A stretch of DNA of 64,000 nucleotides from an uncultured Phycisphaerales bacterium (GCA_963758525.1 CAVWVQ010000003.1:2112001-2176000), one strand, 5' to 3'. Shown: positions 9,537 to 20,051, counted from the first letter of the stretch. The notes: generated from the letters alone by a model not told the origin. Numbers and translations are program-made.

Positions 9537-10595
9537 GTGCCGATACAGAGAACTGAAATGACCGAAATGAATGAGAGTGCCGGAGATGCAGCCGATGACC
9601 GGCCCAGCCCTGACGTGCCGCCGCTGCGGCTGCGGGCGATGCCGCCGCGGCAGCTTCCGATGTGGCTCGGTGTTATGACCGCGATCGTCGCCTGCATTGG
9701 GCTGTCCTGGTTTCTGTATCCCCCCGCGAACACCGGCGGCACGCCGCTGCAGCTTGCGTACCGCGGCGTGCTGACGCTCGGCGGCCTGTTCGTGCTGGTA
9801 ACCGTTGCCGCCGCTACGTGGAAATCACTTCACGGGGAGCGCGTGACTGCCCGGGAACTGCGCCGGCTGCTCGAGATGCTGCCACGCGTGCGATCCGGAC
9901 AGTTGCCCATCGACGAGTTGAAGCTGATCGACGATTCGCTTGCCTCATTGTCCGCCGAACTGCAAGAAATGCTTCACGAGTTGCGTCAGCAGCGTGCTGC
10001 CGTCTCGGCGATGGAAGCGGAGCTTCCGCAGCGAGTCGCGAGCCGAACCAGCGCGCTGGAGCGCACCATCGGCTCGCTGCGCCAGCAGGCGATCCGCGAT
10101 CCGATGACCGGGCTCTACAACCGCAGGCTGCTGGATCAGCACCTTCCTCCGATCGTCGAGCGCTGCCGCGTCTCCGCCTCCAACCTCAGTCTCCTGATGG
10201 TGGATGTCGACAACTTCAAGGTGCTCAACGACACCCTCGGGCATGCCGCCGGCGACGAATTGCTGCGTGACGTCGCGCAGATCATCCGATCAACCATTCG
10301 CGAGAACGACGTGGCTTTCCGCTACGGCGGCGACGAGTTCATTGTCGTCCTGGAAGGGTTTGATGCCGAGGCCGGGGCGGCGTTGGGCGACCGGCTGACA
10401 TCCCTGGTGGACGCATTGGCCCAGACCTTGCGCGTCAGCCCCAAGCCCCGCCTTTCGATTGGCGTCGCGACAATCAAGGATCTTGCCAAAGCCACGCCCG
10501 CTTCTCTGGTTCAGGAAGCCGACCGGCTGCTGTACGAGGAAAAGCGCAGTCGCAAGGAGCGCCGCGACCCCGGGCCGGGGCGGATTGCGGTGTGA
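9537..10595 (+). CDS. Membrane-anchored diguanylate cyclase
   Basis: Two TM segments; DPMTGLYNR, NDTLGHAAGD and RYGGDEF. Confidence 0.9.
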   Translation: MPIQRTEMTEMNESAGDAADDRPSPDVPPLRLRAMPPRQLPMWLGVMTAIVACIGLSWFLYPPANTGGTPLQLAYRGVLTLGGLFVLVTVAAATWKSLHGERVTARELRRLLEMLPRVRSGQLPIDELKLIDDSLASLSAELQEMLHELRQQRAAVSAMEAELPQRVASRTSALERTIGSLRQQAIRDPMTGLYNRRLLDQHLPPIVERCRVSASNLSLLMVDVDNFKVLNDTLGHAAGDELLRDVAQIIRSTIRENDVAFRYGGDEFIVVLEGFDAEAGAALGDRLTSLVDALAQTLRVSPKPRLSIGVATIKDLAKATPASLVQEADRLLYEEKRSRKERRDPGPGRIAV

Positions 10596-10620
10596 GCGAA
10601 TTCGGAATTTCGCCTCCCCC

Positions 10621-10648
10621 TTGCAGCCCTCCCGGACTTCGCTAGAAT
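10621..10648 (+). promoter_or_regulatory. Putative sigma70 promoter of rpsR
   Basis: TTGCAG-N16-TAGAAT, 10 nt before the ATG. Confidence 0.5.
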
Positions 10649-10658
10649 ACTCCCCCTT

Positions 10659-10937
10659 ATGCCCAGACCCGAATCCGCCCGCGAGCGCCGCGAAAAAGCC
10701 GAGAAGTTTCAGACATTTAACCGTCCCAAGGTGAAGGTGACTCGCACCAGCGCTTCGGGGAAGGTCTACATCGACTATAAAGATACCGAATCGCTGCGCA
10801 AGATGGTCAGCGGCAATGGGAAGATCCAGGCCCGCAAGCGCACCAGCGCCAACGCCATGGAACAGCGCATGCTTGCCCGCGCGATCAAACGAGCCCGCTA
10901 TATCGGCTTGCTCGCGTATGTCGCAACCAGCGCGTAA
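10659..10937 (+). CDS. rpsR: 30S ribosomal protein bS18
   Basis: IDYKD..L...GKI..R and QRMLARAIKRARYIGLL. Confidence 0.92.
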   Translation: MPRPESARERREKAEKFQTFNRPKVKVTRTSASGKVYIDYKDTESLRKMVSGNGKIQARKRTSANAMEQRMLARAIKRARYIGLLAYVATSA

Positions 10938-11244
10938 GGCCTTTGCCGCGCGAAGCGTTCGATGGCGGAAACCCGCCAGGGTGGCAAGCGTCAGTTCATT
11001 CCTTTCCGACCCTCCCGCGAAACAGCGAGCCCGCCAGGATGGGAGAGGGGGAAAGAGCTACAGCACGCGATCCTGAAAATCGCGTAGGCCCACCGCAGCC
11101 GCTGCGAATTTTCGGCGGAAGCACATTACACGCCAATGTGATATTAATCCGATCTTCATTAGGGCGAGCGATGATATGAGGCGAGAAGTGCGCGCCGATT
11201 GAGCGCTGGCAGCTTAGAGCCCGTTTCACAATCCCACGCGTGTC

Positions 11245-11300
11245 GAGGTACTCCGAAGGCTCGGATCGATCGTCGGAAATCCGAGGCTGTGGAGTACCTC
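11245..11300. repeat. Intergenic hairpin, possible degenerate REP
   Basis: GAGGTACTCC pairs with GGAGTACCTC; inner CTCGGAT pairs with ATCCGAG. Confidence 0.45.
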
Positions 11301-11402
11301 AAACTCGGCATGGGTTGATCGGGGACCTTGAAACCGCTTCTTAGCGCGGACTTCATAAATTGATCGGCAGGTTGGGCCGATCTGGAAGCCGAGGGCGTTG
11401 AG

Positions 11403-12037
11403 ATGAGCACAACGTTGCAATTCCGCCAGATGGTTTCTTCCAAACACCAGGCCGTGCGGCGCTGGGCTCAGCACTCGCTTGGAGCAATCGAGCACGAAGA
11501 CCGCGTCGCCCGCACCGCCGAGGCTCTCGCCCGCGTCACATCCGCTTACCATTGCCTGACCTTGGCCGATCTTCGGCTCCTCGCGCTCGCCGCGGTCGTT
11601 CACGATGTCGGCCGGAGCATCGACGATGAGACCCACCCCCGCCAGGCGCGCGGATGTTGCTCCATGAGCCAAGACTCCCCCTCAGCAACGATGAACGCCG
11701 CTGGCTCGCCTACCTGACGCGATATCATCGCGGCTGCGTTCCCGATCGGGGCTGCGACGGCATCCTCCGCCGTTCCGACCCGCACGCGCGCCTCGCGCTG
11801 CTGCTGGCGTTTCTCCGCGCCGCCGATGCGCTGGACAGCCGATCCGCCGAAACACCGCAACTCAATTTCAGTCTGCATGGCGGAAAGCTGCGCATCCTCT
11901 GCCACATCGAGGACCCCAGCCCCAAAGCCTGCCGGGTATACACGCGACGCAAGAAGTTTCGTCTTCTGGAAGAGCTGTTGAATCTGCGCGTCGATGTGCG
12001 GATTGTCACGGAAACTGCCTCGTGCGCGGCCGCATAG
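11403..12037 (+). CDS. HD domain protein (Ppx/GppA C-terminal-like); apparent frameshift near 11650
   Basis: HEDRV, AAVVHDVG, RYHR and LRAADALD. Confidence 0.7.
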
Positions 12038-12062
12038 CCCTCCTTGAGTCTGAGGGGTAGCA

Positions 12063-12590
12063 TCACAGCGGGCGCAACTCCCAATCCACATTCAAGGCGT
12101 CGCACGTTGCCGCCAGATTCTGGCGAAGCTGCACGACCGCAACGGCGCTGGGAACCGAAAGCGTCAGTTCCATTTCAAACAGCGGCGCCCCGGTATAGGG
12201 CGCCGGCGTGAAGCGTGTTTCCAGGCTCTCGATATTGACGAGCATCTGCCGCAGCGTGTGCGAAACCCGATGAACGATCCCCGGCTGATCGATCGCCGTT
12301 GCAACCAGCCGATACCTCCGCGCCGCCCCGGCCGCGCCCGCCGGCGCGTCGCTGACTGAACGCAGCTCGGCATGCAATCCGCTCGCCTGCGCGAAGCGGG
12401 CGAGGCCGTCCTTCAATTTGCCAAGCGCATCGCCCGCGCCAGCCACCAACAGCATGATGGCGAACTGTCCGCGGAGGTTGACCATCCGGCTGTCTTCGAT
12501 GTTGCCGCCGCTGTCGAAGATGAATCGGGAGACCTCATCCACCAGGCCGGGGCGATCGGTTCCAAGAGCGGTGAGAATCGCGTGTGACAT
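12063..12590 (-). CDS. GcvR-like ACT domain protein
   Basis: LTALGTDRPGLV, GNIEDSRM and DQPGIV; tandem ACT pattern. Confidence 0.85.
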   Translation of the reverse strand: MSHAILTALGTDRPGLVDEVSRFIFDSGGNIEDSRMVNLRGQFAIMLLVAGAGDALGKLKDGLARFAQASGLHAELRSVSDAPAGAAGAARRYRLVATAIDQPGIVHRVSHTLRQMLVNIESLETRFTPAPYTGAPLFEMELTLSVPSAVAVVQLRQNLAATCDALNVDWELRPL

Positions 12591-12655
12591 GCGATCGAGG
12601 ATACGGCAGCGAGGCAGGGAGGAAAAGGCGGGGGGAAAGGTAGCAGGGGGAAAAA

Positions 12656-12803
12656 GGCACGAAGGCACGAAGGCACGAAGCACGAAGGCACGAAGGGAAG
12701 GACGCTGCGCGGCGGAGTAGTTATTATCAAATCCCCCTTCCTTACCCTTCGTGCCTCCGTGCCTCCGTGCCTTCGTGCCTTTCCCTCTCCGTCCCTTCGT
12801 GCC
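12656..12803. repeat. Inverted array of GGCACG(A/G)A octamers (family B)
   Basis: Tandem GGCACGAA units followed by the complementary T(T/C)CGTGCC units. Confidence 0.85.
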
Positions 12804-13903
12804 TTCCCCGCACATCCTCATAAATCGCCGCATCGATCTCCCGCATCCGGCGGTCGTGGGCGGCGTCGCCGCACGCGCCGTTGCAAACCACCGCGACCAC
12901 CAAGTGGTGTTCCGGATCGGCGTACGCCGTCGAGGACTGGAAGCCGTTATGTCCAAAGGTCGATTCGCCGGCATCAACGCCGAAGCCGTACGGCACCGTG
13001 TCCGCCCCATGGCGGTTGGAGTTGATGATGAATCCGAGACCCCAGTCGATCACATGGCGAAAGGTCTGGTCGTACATGCCGACGCGCTGGCGCGATGTCG
13101 AGCGCCTGCACGGTTTCGGGCAGCAGGACGCGGTGTCCGCCGGCCAGTTGACCATCGGACAACAGCATTTCGTAAAACCGCCCGAGCTCGCGAATAGGGC
13201 CGTGGGCGTTGGCCGCGGGCCGGGGTTGGATGACGGCCTCACGCAGGTTCCACGGAGCCAGCGGCTTGAGCGTTCCGCTTTCCGTCTGCTGCAAAACCCC
13301 CAGACGATCGCCGTATTCGTCGAACCGCTCGGGCGGCATGCCGATCCAGGAATCGTTCATCGCCAATGGCAGGCAGATTTCTTCGCGGATGTAACTGCTG
13401 AACGGCCTCCCGCCGAGGCGCTGCACGATCTCGCCGAGAATGAACCAGCTTGTCGTCGCGTGGTAGCCGGCCTTTTCGCCCGGAATCCAATCCCGCTCCA
13501 TCGGCATGGCACAGATTTTCGCCATGATCTGCTCCCAAGGCGCCCGCGGCCAACCCGTGTCCAGCCAGCGGATGCCAGCAGTGTGAGTCAGCAGGTGACG
13601 GATCGTGACCGAATCCTTGCCGTTCGCGCCAAACTCTGGCACGTGCCGCGCCACGGAGTCTTCGATGTCGAGCTGTCCCAATTCCCACAACTGGCCGATT
13701 GCGACGGCCGTCAGCGGCTTGCTCGCGGAAAGCCAGATCATCAACGTGTCGGTCGTCATCGGGACGCCGGGCCGCGACTCGCCGATGGCGAAATCCGCCA
13801 CCGTTTTTCCTCGCTGCGAGACGTACACCTGCGCCCCGATGTGGAGCCCGGCCAACATGCCCGCGCGGATCACCTCGCGCGTGCGAGGCAGAGCGTCCGC
13901 CAC
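12742..13903 (-). CDS. Serine hydrolase, beta-lactamase class C-like; apparent frameshift near 13090
   Basis: SASK (SxxK), LLTHTAG, GYH and FGHNG. Confidence 0.85.
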
Positions 13904-13946
13904 CGTCTGATCTTGGAAATTGCGTGCAGGCACGATTTCTGATGAC

Positions 13947-13998
13947 GCTTCCCCGTGGCATGGGCGTCCCGCGCGTCCCGCCCATGCCACGGGGAAGC
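13947..13998. repeat. REP palindrome (family C)
   Basis: GCTTCCCCGTGGCATGGGCG..CGCCCATGCCACGGGGAAGC perfect arms. Confidence 0.85.
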
Positions 13999-14001
13999 GA
14001 A

Positions 14002-14715
14002 TCAACTCCCGGGTGATCCTGTCGATTTTACTTCGCCAAATTTCAAGATGGCTTCCACACAAGGCGGACCAGGGACTCCAGGAAGACGATCCTCCTCTGA
14101 TCCAGCAGTTGAGCCGGTCGTGGGCATCAACTGATAAATCCTGTCCGCATGCCGCTCGAACATTGCCGAATCATGGTGGCTGATCATCAGCACCTGAAAC
14201 CCCAGGGTTTTCCCGGCCTCGCGAACGATCGCGACCAGCCGCGGGACCAGCGACGGATGCAGCCAGCAGTCCTGCTCGTCGAGCACGAGAAACCGGCGGT
14301 GTTCCTTTTCGTCGAGTGTGGTCAAGGCCAGGAGCCGCAGGCCCACCGAGAGGATGTTGGCGACGGAGCCGCCTTGCCCGTCGATGATGTTCTCCTTTTT
14401 CCCCTGGCGTTCGATGTGAAACTCGATCGACGCGACGCCGTTCTTGAAGCCGCGCTCCGCTTTCAACTGGATCGGCTGCTCCAGCACCTCCTGCAATGCC
14501 CGGCTGAGCTGTGATTCCACCGCCGCGATGACCTGCTGAAAAAGCTGCTGGCCCAGCAGATCCAATGCATCGCGCACGGCATCGGCAACCGAGAGGTATT
14601 CGGCGAGCTTCTGCTGTTCGCCCGCGACGAAGCGCCGCCGCTCCGCCATCGCTTCGCGGCGATGCACCAGCCGATCGCATCGGCGGCGCAACGCATCCGG
14701 CATCGGAACGCTCAT
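14002..14715 (-). CDS. Rad50/SbcC-like ABC ATPase, C-terminal half as a separate gene
   Basis: Coiled coil, degenerate signature GQGGS, Walker B FLVLDE and H-loop ISHH; no Walker A. Confidence 0.8.
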   Translation of the reverse strand: MSVPMPDALRRRCDRLVHRREAMAERRRFVAGEQQKLAEYLSVADAVRDALDLLGQQLFQQVIAAVESQLSRALQEVLEQPIQLKAERGFKNGVASIEFHIERQGKKENIIDGQGGSVANILSVGLRLLALTTLDEKEHRRFLVLDEQDCWLHPSLVPRLVAIVREAGKTLGFQVLMISHHDSAMFERHADRIYQLMPTTGSTAGSEEDRLPGVPGPPCVEAILKFGEVKSTGSPGS

Positions 14716-14716
14716 C

Positions 14717-15010
14717 TCACGCGTCGCCAAAATTCTTCTCCGCTTCGCCGAGGTCGGCTTCAATCTTCTCGAGGTGCCGCTGGTACTCGGCGCGCTGCCG
14801 TTCGTTCTCGGCATTCATCGCTTCGAGCTGCCTCTGCAGCTCGGCAAGATCGTCCGTCTGGAACTGCTCACGCGCCTCCTGCTTCAGGCGGGCAAGCTGC
14901 TCCTCGGCATTTTTCAAGTCGGCCGCGGCGGTGATCTTCCGCTCGTTGAGCTTCGCGTGACGCTGGCGCAGCGATTCGATCGATTCCTGTTTTTCTGTTC
15001 TAGCTGGCAT
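14717..15010 (-). CDS. Small coiled-coil protein
   Basis: E/Q/R/L heptad-rich, about 97 aa; abuts or overlaps both neighbours. Confidence 0.75.
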   Translation of the reverse strand: MPARTEKQESIESLRQRHAKLNERKITAAADLKNAEEQLARLKQEAREQFQTDDLAELQRQLEAMNAENERQRAEYQRHLEKIEADLGEAEKNFGDA

Positions 15011-15950
15011 CGTGCAGCACCTCATCGGCCAGCGCGAGAATCTGATCGCGCATGCGCTGGTCGTCAAATTGTTCGAGATTGCGCCGAAGGAACTCGCGGA
15101 CTCCTTCGCCGGACGTTTTGAACTTCTGCAGCGCGGCAAGCCCCGCGACGAACTGCGATTCTCCCAACTCGACATGATCGCCGACGATCTCGGGGTGAAA
15201 GACTTCCTCGAACGGCGCGTGCGGCACCGCGATCGTCGTCGCGATCCACGCCAGCGGCGTCACGTCAATCCGAAGGACGGATGGACGGTGTTCCCGAATG
15301 GCGTCGCTCCGCTTGATCCGGCTGATGTTGCCGGGATTGCACCACGTCGTCGCGCCGCACACCACCTGTTGTGCGGCTTTGTGAATATGCCCGTTGATCA
15401 GCAGATCGATGCCGGGAATCTCGTGGCATTGAATGGCCGAGCCCAGAAATTCTCCCGCGCCAAATGCGATATCGTGATGCGTGATCCAGAATGTCCAGCG
15501 CGGATCGCCCACCTCGGCGCGGTCCACCCGCGCAGGCAATGGCTGTCCCCAGCTGGTTCCCCCGACGGCAATGGACACGCCGTTGATCTCGCCGGTCCAC
15601 GTTCCCCGGTCGAGCAGTCGGAGCCGGCCGGCAGCGAGGAGGATCGAAAGGGTGTCGTTGTCCACCAGCGCATTCTCGCTGCAGTCGTGATTTCCGCCGA
15701 CGGTCAGAACGAGCTGGCCTTCCAGCACCCGCATCAATTCAACGGTCACCCAGTTGGCATTGTCGCGCGGGTAGTGGAACAGATCGCCCAGCACGATCGG
15801 CAGCAGCCGCTCGCGCCGGGCCAGATCGAGGCACCAGCGAAACTTCGACAGCGTCACGCGCGGATAGTCGTCCTTGCGGAATCCGGGGACCCGGCTGCAG
15901 AGGTGCGGATCGCCAATGCAGAGAATGCCCGCATAAGGCAGCTCAAACAT
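15000..15950 (-). CDS. Mre11/SbcD-like metallophosphoesterase nuclease
   Basis: GDPH, GDLFH, GNHD, THH and GHIH motifs. Confidence 0.85.
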   Translation of the reverse strand: MFELPYAGILCIGDPHLCSRVPGFRKDDYPRVTLSKFRWCLDLARRERLLPIVLGDLFHYPRDNANWVTVELMRVLEGQLVLTVGGNHDCSENALVDNDTLSILLAAGRLRLLDRGTWTGEINGVSIAVGGTSWGQPLPARVDRAEVGDPRWTFWITHHDIAFGAGEFLGSAIQCHEIPGIDLLINGHIHKAAQQVVCGATTWCNPGNISRIKRSDAIREHRPSVLRIDVTPLAWIATTIAVPHAPFEEVFHPEIVGDHVELGESQFVAGLAALQKFKTSGEGVREFLRRNLEQFDDQRMRDQILALADEVLHDAS

Positions 15951-17160
15951 GCGCGTGCTCCGCTTCGAGCACCGCTTCGCAAGTCGTCGGGGCGCCGCAG
16001 GTCGGGCAATTCGGATGCGCGTCCACCCACGCGCGCACCTGCTCGCGCAGCCCGTCGATTGCCGTTTGCGCCAAAATCAGATCGGCTTTCGCGGCCGTGC
16101 GCCGAGCGGTCAGCTCTCTGCCGCGCGAGATCAGGTTCTTCATCGCCAGTGGCCGCTGAATATTTTCTTCCGGCGGACCGGACAAGGCCATCAGACCGCG
16201 ATCGATTGCCTGCGCCTGGCGGGATTGCATGAGGGCAGCGCGCATCTTCTCAGTCAGCAGCCGCAGCGCGCTGGGGTCACACCAGCGCGGCGGAGATCGA
16301 AGATCCTTCACCACTGCAGCTCTGATCTGATGCTGCCGCAGGCCCGCGGAGGCTCTGGAAATACCTTGAATCGTTTTCACTAATTTCGAGGTGTCGATCC
16401 ACGCTGGCGGGGCCATCAGCGGCTCGGCGGCGCGCACGCGATTCGCCTGTGTTTCGCGTTGTTGTCGCGCCCGGCCGAGACGATCGACAGCATTCTTTCG
16501 CGATAACATCGCGCGATCTGATTCGGCAAGCGCTCGGTACGCCTCTTCGAGTCGCGCCGTCCGTTCCGACAATTCCGTCACGGGCGCGGTCGATTCGAGC
16601 CGTCGATCCAGCGCCGCCGCTTCTGAAGCGAGCCGGTCATGATCGCGCCGGGCGTCCTTTACCTTCTCACGATGTCGCTTCTGCATCTCCAGGAGCTTTT
16701 CGGCATCCGATGAGCTGGCGAAAAACGTCGCCGCTCGCGCGGGAGGGTCATCCAGCAGGAAAATCGGTGACTTCTGCAGGCCAAAATGGACAAAGAACGA
16801 ATCGCCCGAATCATTTGGCGGATCGATGCGCGGCATGCGCAGATAGCGATGCAAATCCTCAGGAACATCGCCGCGCAGACGTCCGATCTCGCGGCCGTCA
16901 ATGACGTAGCTGACAACACCCTTGCGCCGCTGCCAGGTGAGGACGTGACCGTCATCGGTTTCGACGGTGACCGACGCGTCCTTTTCCCCGTGCCGCACCG
17001 CGAAATCCGCCGGCTTGTTGTAGCAGAGCGTCTGCAGCGCATGCACAACCGCGGATTTGCCGCAGTTGTTTGGACCGACCAGCACCGTCAGCCCCGCCGC
17101 CGGCTCGATGACGGTCCGTCCGTGGGCCATGTAATTCTCGAGGATGATCCTCCGGATCAT
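15943..17160 (-). CDS. Rad50/SbcC-like ATPase, N-terminal half ending in a zinc hook
   Basis: Walker A GPNNCGKS, Q-loop-like GLQ, coiled coil and terminal CPTCG. Confidence 0.85.
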   Translation of the reverse strand: MIRRIILENYMAHGRTVIEPAAGLTVLVGPNNCGKSAVVHALQTLCYNKPADFAVRHGEKDASVTVETDDGHVLTWQRRKGVVSYVIDGREIGRLRGDVPEDLHRYLRMPRIDPPNDSGDSFFVHFGLQKSPIFLLDDPPARAATFFASSSDAEKLLEMQKRHREKVKDARRDHDRLASEAAALDRRLESTAPVTELSERTARLEEAYRALAESDRAMLSRKNAVDRLGRARQQRETQANRVRAAEPLMAPPAWIDTSKLVKTIQGISRASAGLRQHQIRAAVVKDLRSPPRWCDPSALRLLTEKMRAALMQSRQAQAIDRGLMALSGPPEENIQRPLAMKNLISRGRELTARRTAAKADLILAQTAIDGLREQVRAWVDAHPNCPTCGAPTTCEAVLEAEHAHV

Positions 17161-17190
17161 GACGGGATTGTAGGGGGAAAGGGAAGAAGA

Positions 17191-17331
17191 GGCACGGGGG
17201 ATAAGGCACGGGGGAGAGGCACGGGGGGACAAGGCACGAAGGCACGAAGGGGAGGACGCTGCGCGGCGGATCTTTTTTATCACATCCCCTTCCTCACCCT
17301 TCGTGCCTCCGTGCCTTCGTGCCTTCGTGCC
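17191..17331. repeat. Inverted GGCACG(A/G)A array (family B)
   Basis: Same units and spacer GGACGCTGCGCGGCGGA as the 12656 copy. Confidence 0.85.
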
Positions 17332-17396
17332 TTTCTTCGACTGGCCTTTCTTCCCAGTCGCACCTTTCCCCTTCCACGGCTATAACCCGCCAACCG

Positions 17397-18668
17397 ATGT
17401 CCGCAACTCCATCATTGCCCTCTCCCGATAGCGGCGCACCCAAGGGCGCGCTGAAGATCATCTTCTTCATCGTCTTCATGGATCTGCTCGGCTTTGGGAT
17501 CATCATCCCGCTGATGCCGCGGTATGTGCCGGATTACCAGCACAATGTGTTTGGCGTCACGCTGCTCTTTTCCGTCTATTCCATCTGCCAGTTCGTTGGC
17601 GCGCCGATTCTGGGATTGCTCAGCGATCGGCATGGCCGCCGGCCGGTGCTGGTGCTGTCACAGTTTGGAAGCGTGGTGGGATACGCGATGCTGGGGTTTG
17701 CGACCGATTGGGGCGGGCACTACACGCTGGCAATCATCTACCTCTCTCGAGTGATCGATGGTTTTACCGGCGGCAACATCTCCACTGCCCAAGCCTACGT
17801 CAGCGATGTGACCACGCACCAAGACCGGGCCAAGGGAATGGGAATGATCGGGGCGGCGTTCGGCATCGGCTTTTCCGTCGGCCCGGCGATCGGCGGCATC
17901 CTGGGAAAATATCACGTGAGCTGGCCGGCCTACCTCGCGGCGCTGATGAGCCTGTGCGCCGCCATTCAAACCTGGCGCAAGCTTCCGGAAACCCGCCACG
18001 ACAAGCCGGTCGAGGCGGAGGTCTGGCTGCATCCGAGCCGGTTTCTGCCGATCTTGCGAAATCCAGTGCTGGCGCAGTTCCTCGCGATCGGCTTTTTCAC
18101 CATGGCCGGATTCGTCATGATGGAGACGACGATGGTCCTCTTCCTCGACCGCACCTTCGGCTACAAGGAAGCGGCGACCGGGTGGTACTTCGCGTTTATT
18201 GGGTTCATCATCGTCATCGTGCAGGGACGACTGATCGGCCCGCTGACGCGCCGCTTTGGAGAATGGCCGCTGGCCATCGCCGGGCCGCTGTTCATCGCGG
18301 CCGGCATGGCGGGGCTGACGCAAACCGCTTTCACCCCGCTGCTCGGTCTGCTCCTGGTGGCGGGCGCTTCCAACGCCATTGGCCGCAGTCTGCAGACTCC
18401 CACGCTCACCGCGCTGCTCTCCCGTTACGCGAACAGAAGCGAGCAGGGCGTCGCCTTCGGGCTGTTTCACGGGTTAGGCAGTCTGTCGCGCGTCGCCGGG
18501 CCGATTCTGGCTGGATGGGGCTATCAGCATTTGTTTCGACGCAATACCGGGCAATTTGCGCTCGCCGGGGGCATATCAATCGCCGTAGCGGTCTGGACGC
18601 TCCTGCTGTCGCGCACTTCCGGGAGGATTGAAACATCGCAGCCGGAAGAAAGTTCGCTCACGGTGTAG
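17397..18668 (+). CDS. MFS transporter (TetA/DHA1-like)
   Basis: DLLGFGIIIP, GLLSDRHGRRPVL and about 12 hydrophobic segments. Confidence 0.9.
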   Translation: MSATPSLPSPDSGAPKGALKIIFFIVFMDLLGFGIIIPLMPRYVPDYQHNVFGVTLLFSVYSICQFVGAPILGLLSDRHGRRPVLVLSQFGSVVGYAMLGFATDWGGHYTLAIIYLSRVIDGFTGGNISTAQAYVSDVTTHQDRAKGMGMIGAAFGIGFSVGPAIGGILGKYHVSWPAYLAALMSLCAAIQTWRKLPETRHDKPVEAEVWLHPSRFLPILRNPVLAQFLAIGFFTMAGFVMMETTMVLFLDRTFGYKEAATGWYFAFIGFIIVIVQGRLIGPLTRRFGEWPLAIAGPLFIAAGMAGLTQTAFTPLLGLLLVAGASNAIGRSLQTPTLTALLSRYANRSEQGVAFGLFHGLGSLSRVAGPILAGWGYQHLFRRNTGQFALAGGISIAVAVWTLLLSRTSGRIETSQPEESSLTV

Positions 18669-18712
18669 TGCGCTGACGGATTCCCCCGACACTCTTACGT
18701 TCGCCCAAACCT

Positions 18713-18817
18713 GGTTAGCCGCGACGCGCAGCGGAGCGCGTATTCGAACGGGAAAACTCGGAATTTCACACTGCGCATCCATGCAAATACACGCTCCGCT
18801 GCGCGTCGCGGCTAACC
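18713..18817. repeat. REPIN doublet (family D)
   Basis: GGTTAGCCGCGACGCGCAGCGGAGCG followed by its inverse. Confidence 0.85.
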
Positions 18818-18850
18818 CGGGTTAACGCGTGGGCCTCCTGGGTGCTCCCC

Positions 18851-19762
18851 TCACACTTCCCGCTCGACGACAAACCGCGCCAGCGCTCGAAGTCCGTCGG
18901 CGGCGGGCCCGATCGACTGGATGCTTTCCAGCGCTGCCGCCAGTTGCTTCGAGGCTTCGCGACGGCTCTCTTCCAGCCCCAGCAGGCTGGGGTAGGTGTT
19001 CTTCCCCCGTTCGGCGTCCTTGCTGGTGGCCTTTCCAAGCTGCTCCGGCGTGCTCGTCACGTCCAACACGTCATCCACGATCTGAAATGCCAAGCCCATG
19101 TGCTGGCCAAAGCTGGTGATGGCTCCCAGCAGCGCGCCCTCGACCGCCCCGCTGGCAATGACGCCGAGCCGGCACGCGGCCGTGAGCAGGGCGCCGGTCT
19201 TGAGCCGATGAACGCGCTGAAGATCGTGCAGCGGAAGCGAACGGGTCTCTCCGTCCATGTCGAGCACTTGACCGCCGATCATCCCCTCCGGTCCGCTCGC
19301 GGCTGCCAGCTCGCGGACCAACGCCGGGACGAGCTTCGGATCGGCATCGCGAGCGATGATCTCGAACGCCATCGTCACCATCGCGTCGCCGGCGAGAATC
19401 GCGAGCGCTTCGCCGTACACTTTGTGATTTGTCGGCACCCCTCGGCGGAGGTCGTCGTTGTCCATCGCGGGCAGATCGTCGTGCACCAGGCTGAACGTGT
19501 GAATCAGCTCGATCGCACCGGCGGCCGCGAGTACCGAAGGGTTGGTCGCGGCCTTGGGGTCCACCGCCAGCGCGCATTCCAGCACCAGCGCGGGACGGAG
19601 ACGCTTGCCGCCGGCCAGCAGGCTGTACTCGACGGCGTCGAGCAATCGCGCCGGCGCCTCCGGATGCCGCCCGCGCAAACCGCCAAACCAGACGGTCAGG
19701 TGCTCGCCATGCTGGCGGAGCAGTCCAATGGCCCGATCTTCAATCGGCATTACCCGTGACAT
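18851..19762 (-). CDS. ispA: Polyprenyl (farnesyl/geranylgeranyl) diphosphate synthase
   Basis: GGKRLRP, SLVHDDLPAMD..RRG, FQIVDD and KNTYP. Confidence 0.92.
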   Translation of the reverse strand: MSRVMPIEDRAIGLLRQHGEHLTVWFGGLRGRHPEAPARLLDAVEYSLLAGGKRLRPALVLECALAVDPKAATNPSVLAAAGAIELIHTFSLVHDDLPAMDNDDLRRGVPTNHKVYGEALAILAGDAMVTMAFEIIARDADPKLVPALVRELAAASGPEGMIGGQVLDMDGETRSLPLHDLQRVHRLKTGALLTAACRLGVIASGAVEGALLGAITSFGQHMGLAFQIVDDVLDVTSTPEQLGKATSKDAERGKNTYPSLLGLEESRREASKQLAAALESIQSIGPAADGLRALARFVVEREV

Positions 19763-20019
19763 CACTCGTTCCCGCCCGCTGCTTCCACCAGCGGCTCAGC
19801 CGCCAGCGACCCGTCGGGCGCCTTGGTCAACAGCTCGATCTGTTTTTCGGCCGCCCCCAGCACTGTCCGGCAGTGCCGAATCAGAAAGCTGCCGCGCTCG
19901 TATTTCACAATGCTTTCTTCCAGCCCGACCTGACCCCCCTCCATGTCGCCGAGGATCTGCTCCAATTCCTGCAGCGCCTCTTCGAACGTTTCGGGAGGAA
20001 CCTGTTTCGCCTTGGCCAT
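19762..20019 (-). CDS. xseB: Exodeoxyribonuclease VII small subunit
   Basis: TFEEALQELEQI and LEESIVKYERG; usual xseB-ispA pair. Confidence 0.92.
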   Translation of the reverse strand: MAKAKQVPPETFEEALQELEQILGDMEGGQVGLEESIVKYERGSFLIRHCRTVLGAAEKQIELLTKAPDGSLAAEPLVEAAGGNE

Positions 20020-20051
20020 CGGGCGAAAGTATAGCGGAAAAGCAGAAGAGA

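Noticed and set aside
10938..11402. Structured ncRNA after rpsR
   Set aside because: Hairpins are present but match no RNA family I can recognise; only one was kept as a low-confidence repeat.
14002..17160. Wadjet, Lamassu or MukBEF call
   Set aside because: No kleisin, KITE, Toprim or recognisable effector gene; the zinc hook and Mre11 motifs point to Rad50/SbcCD type.
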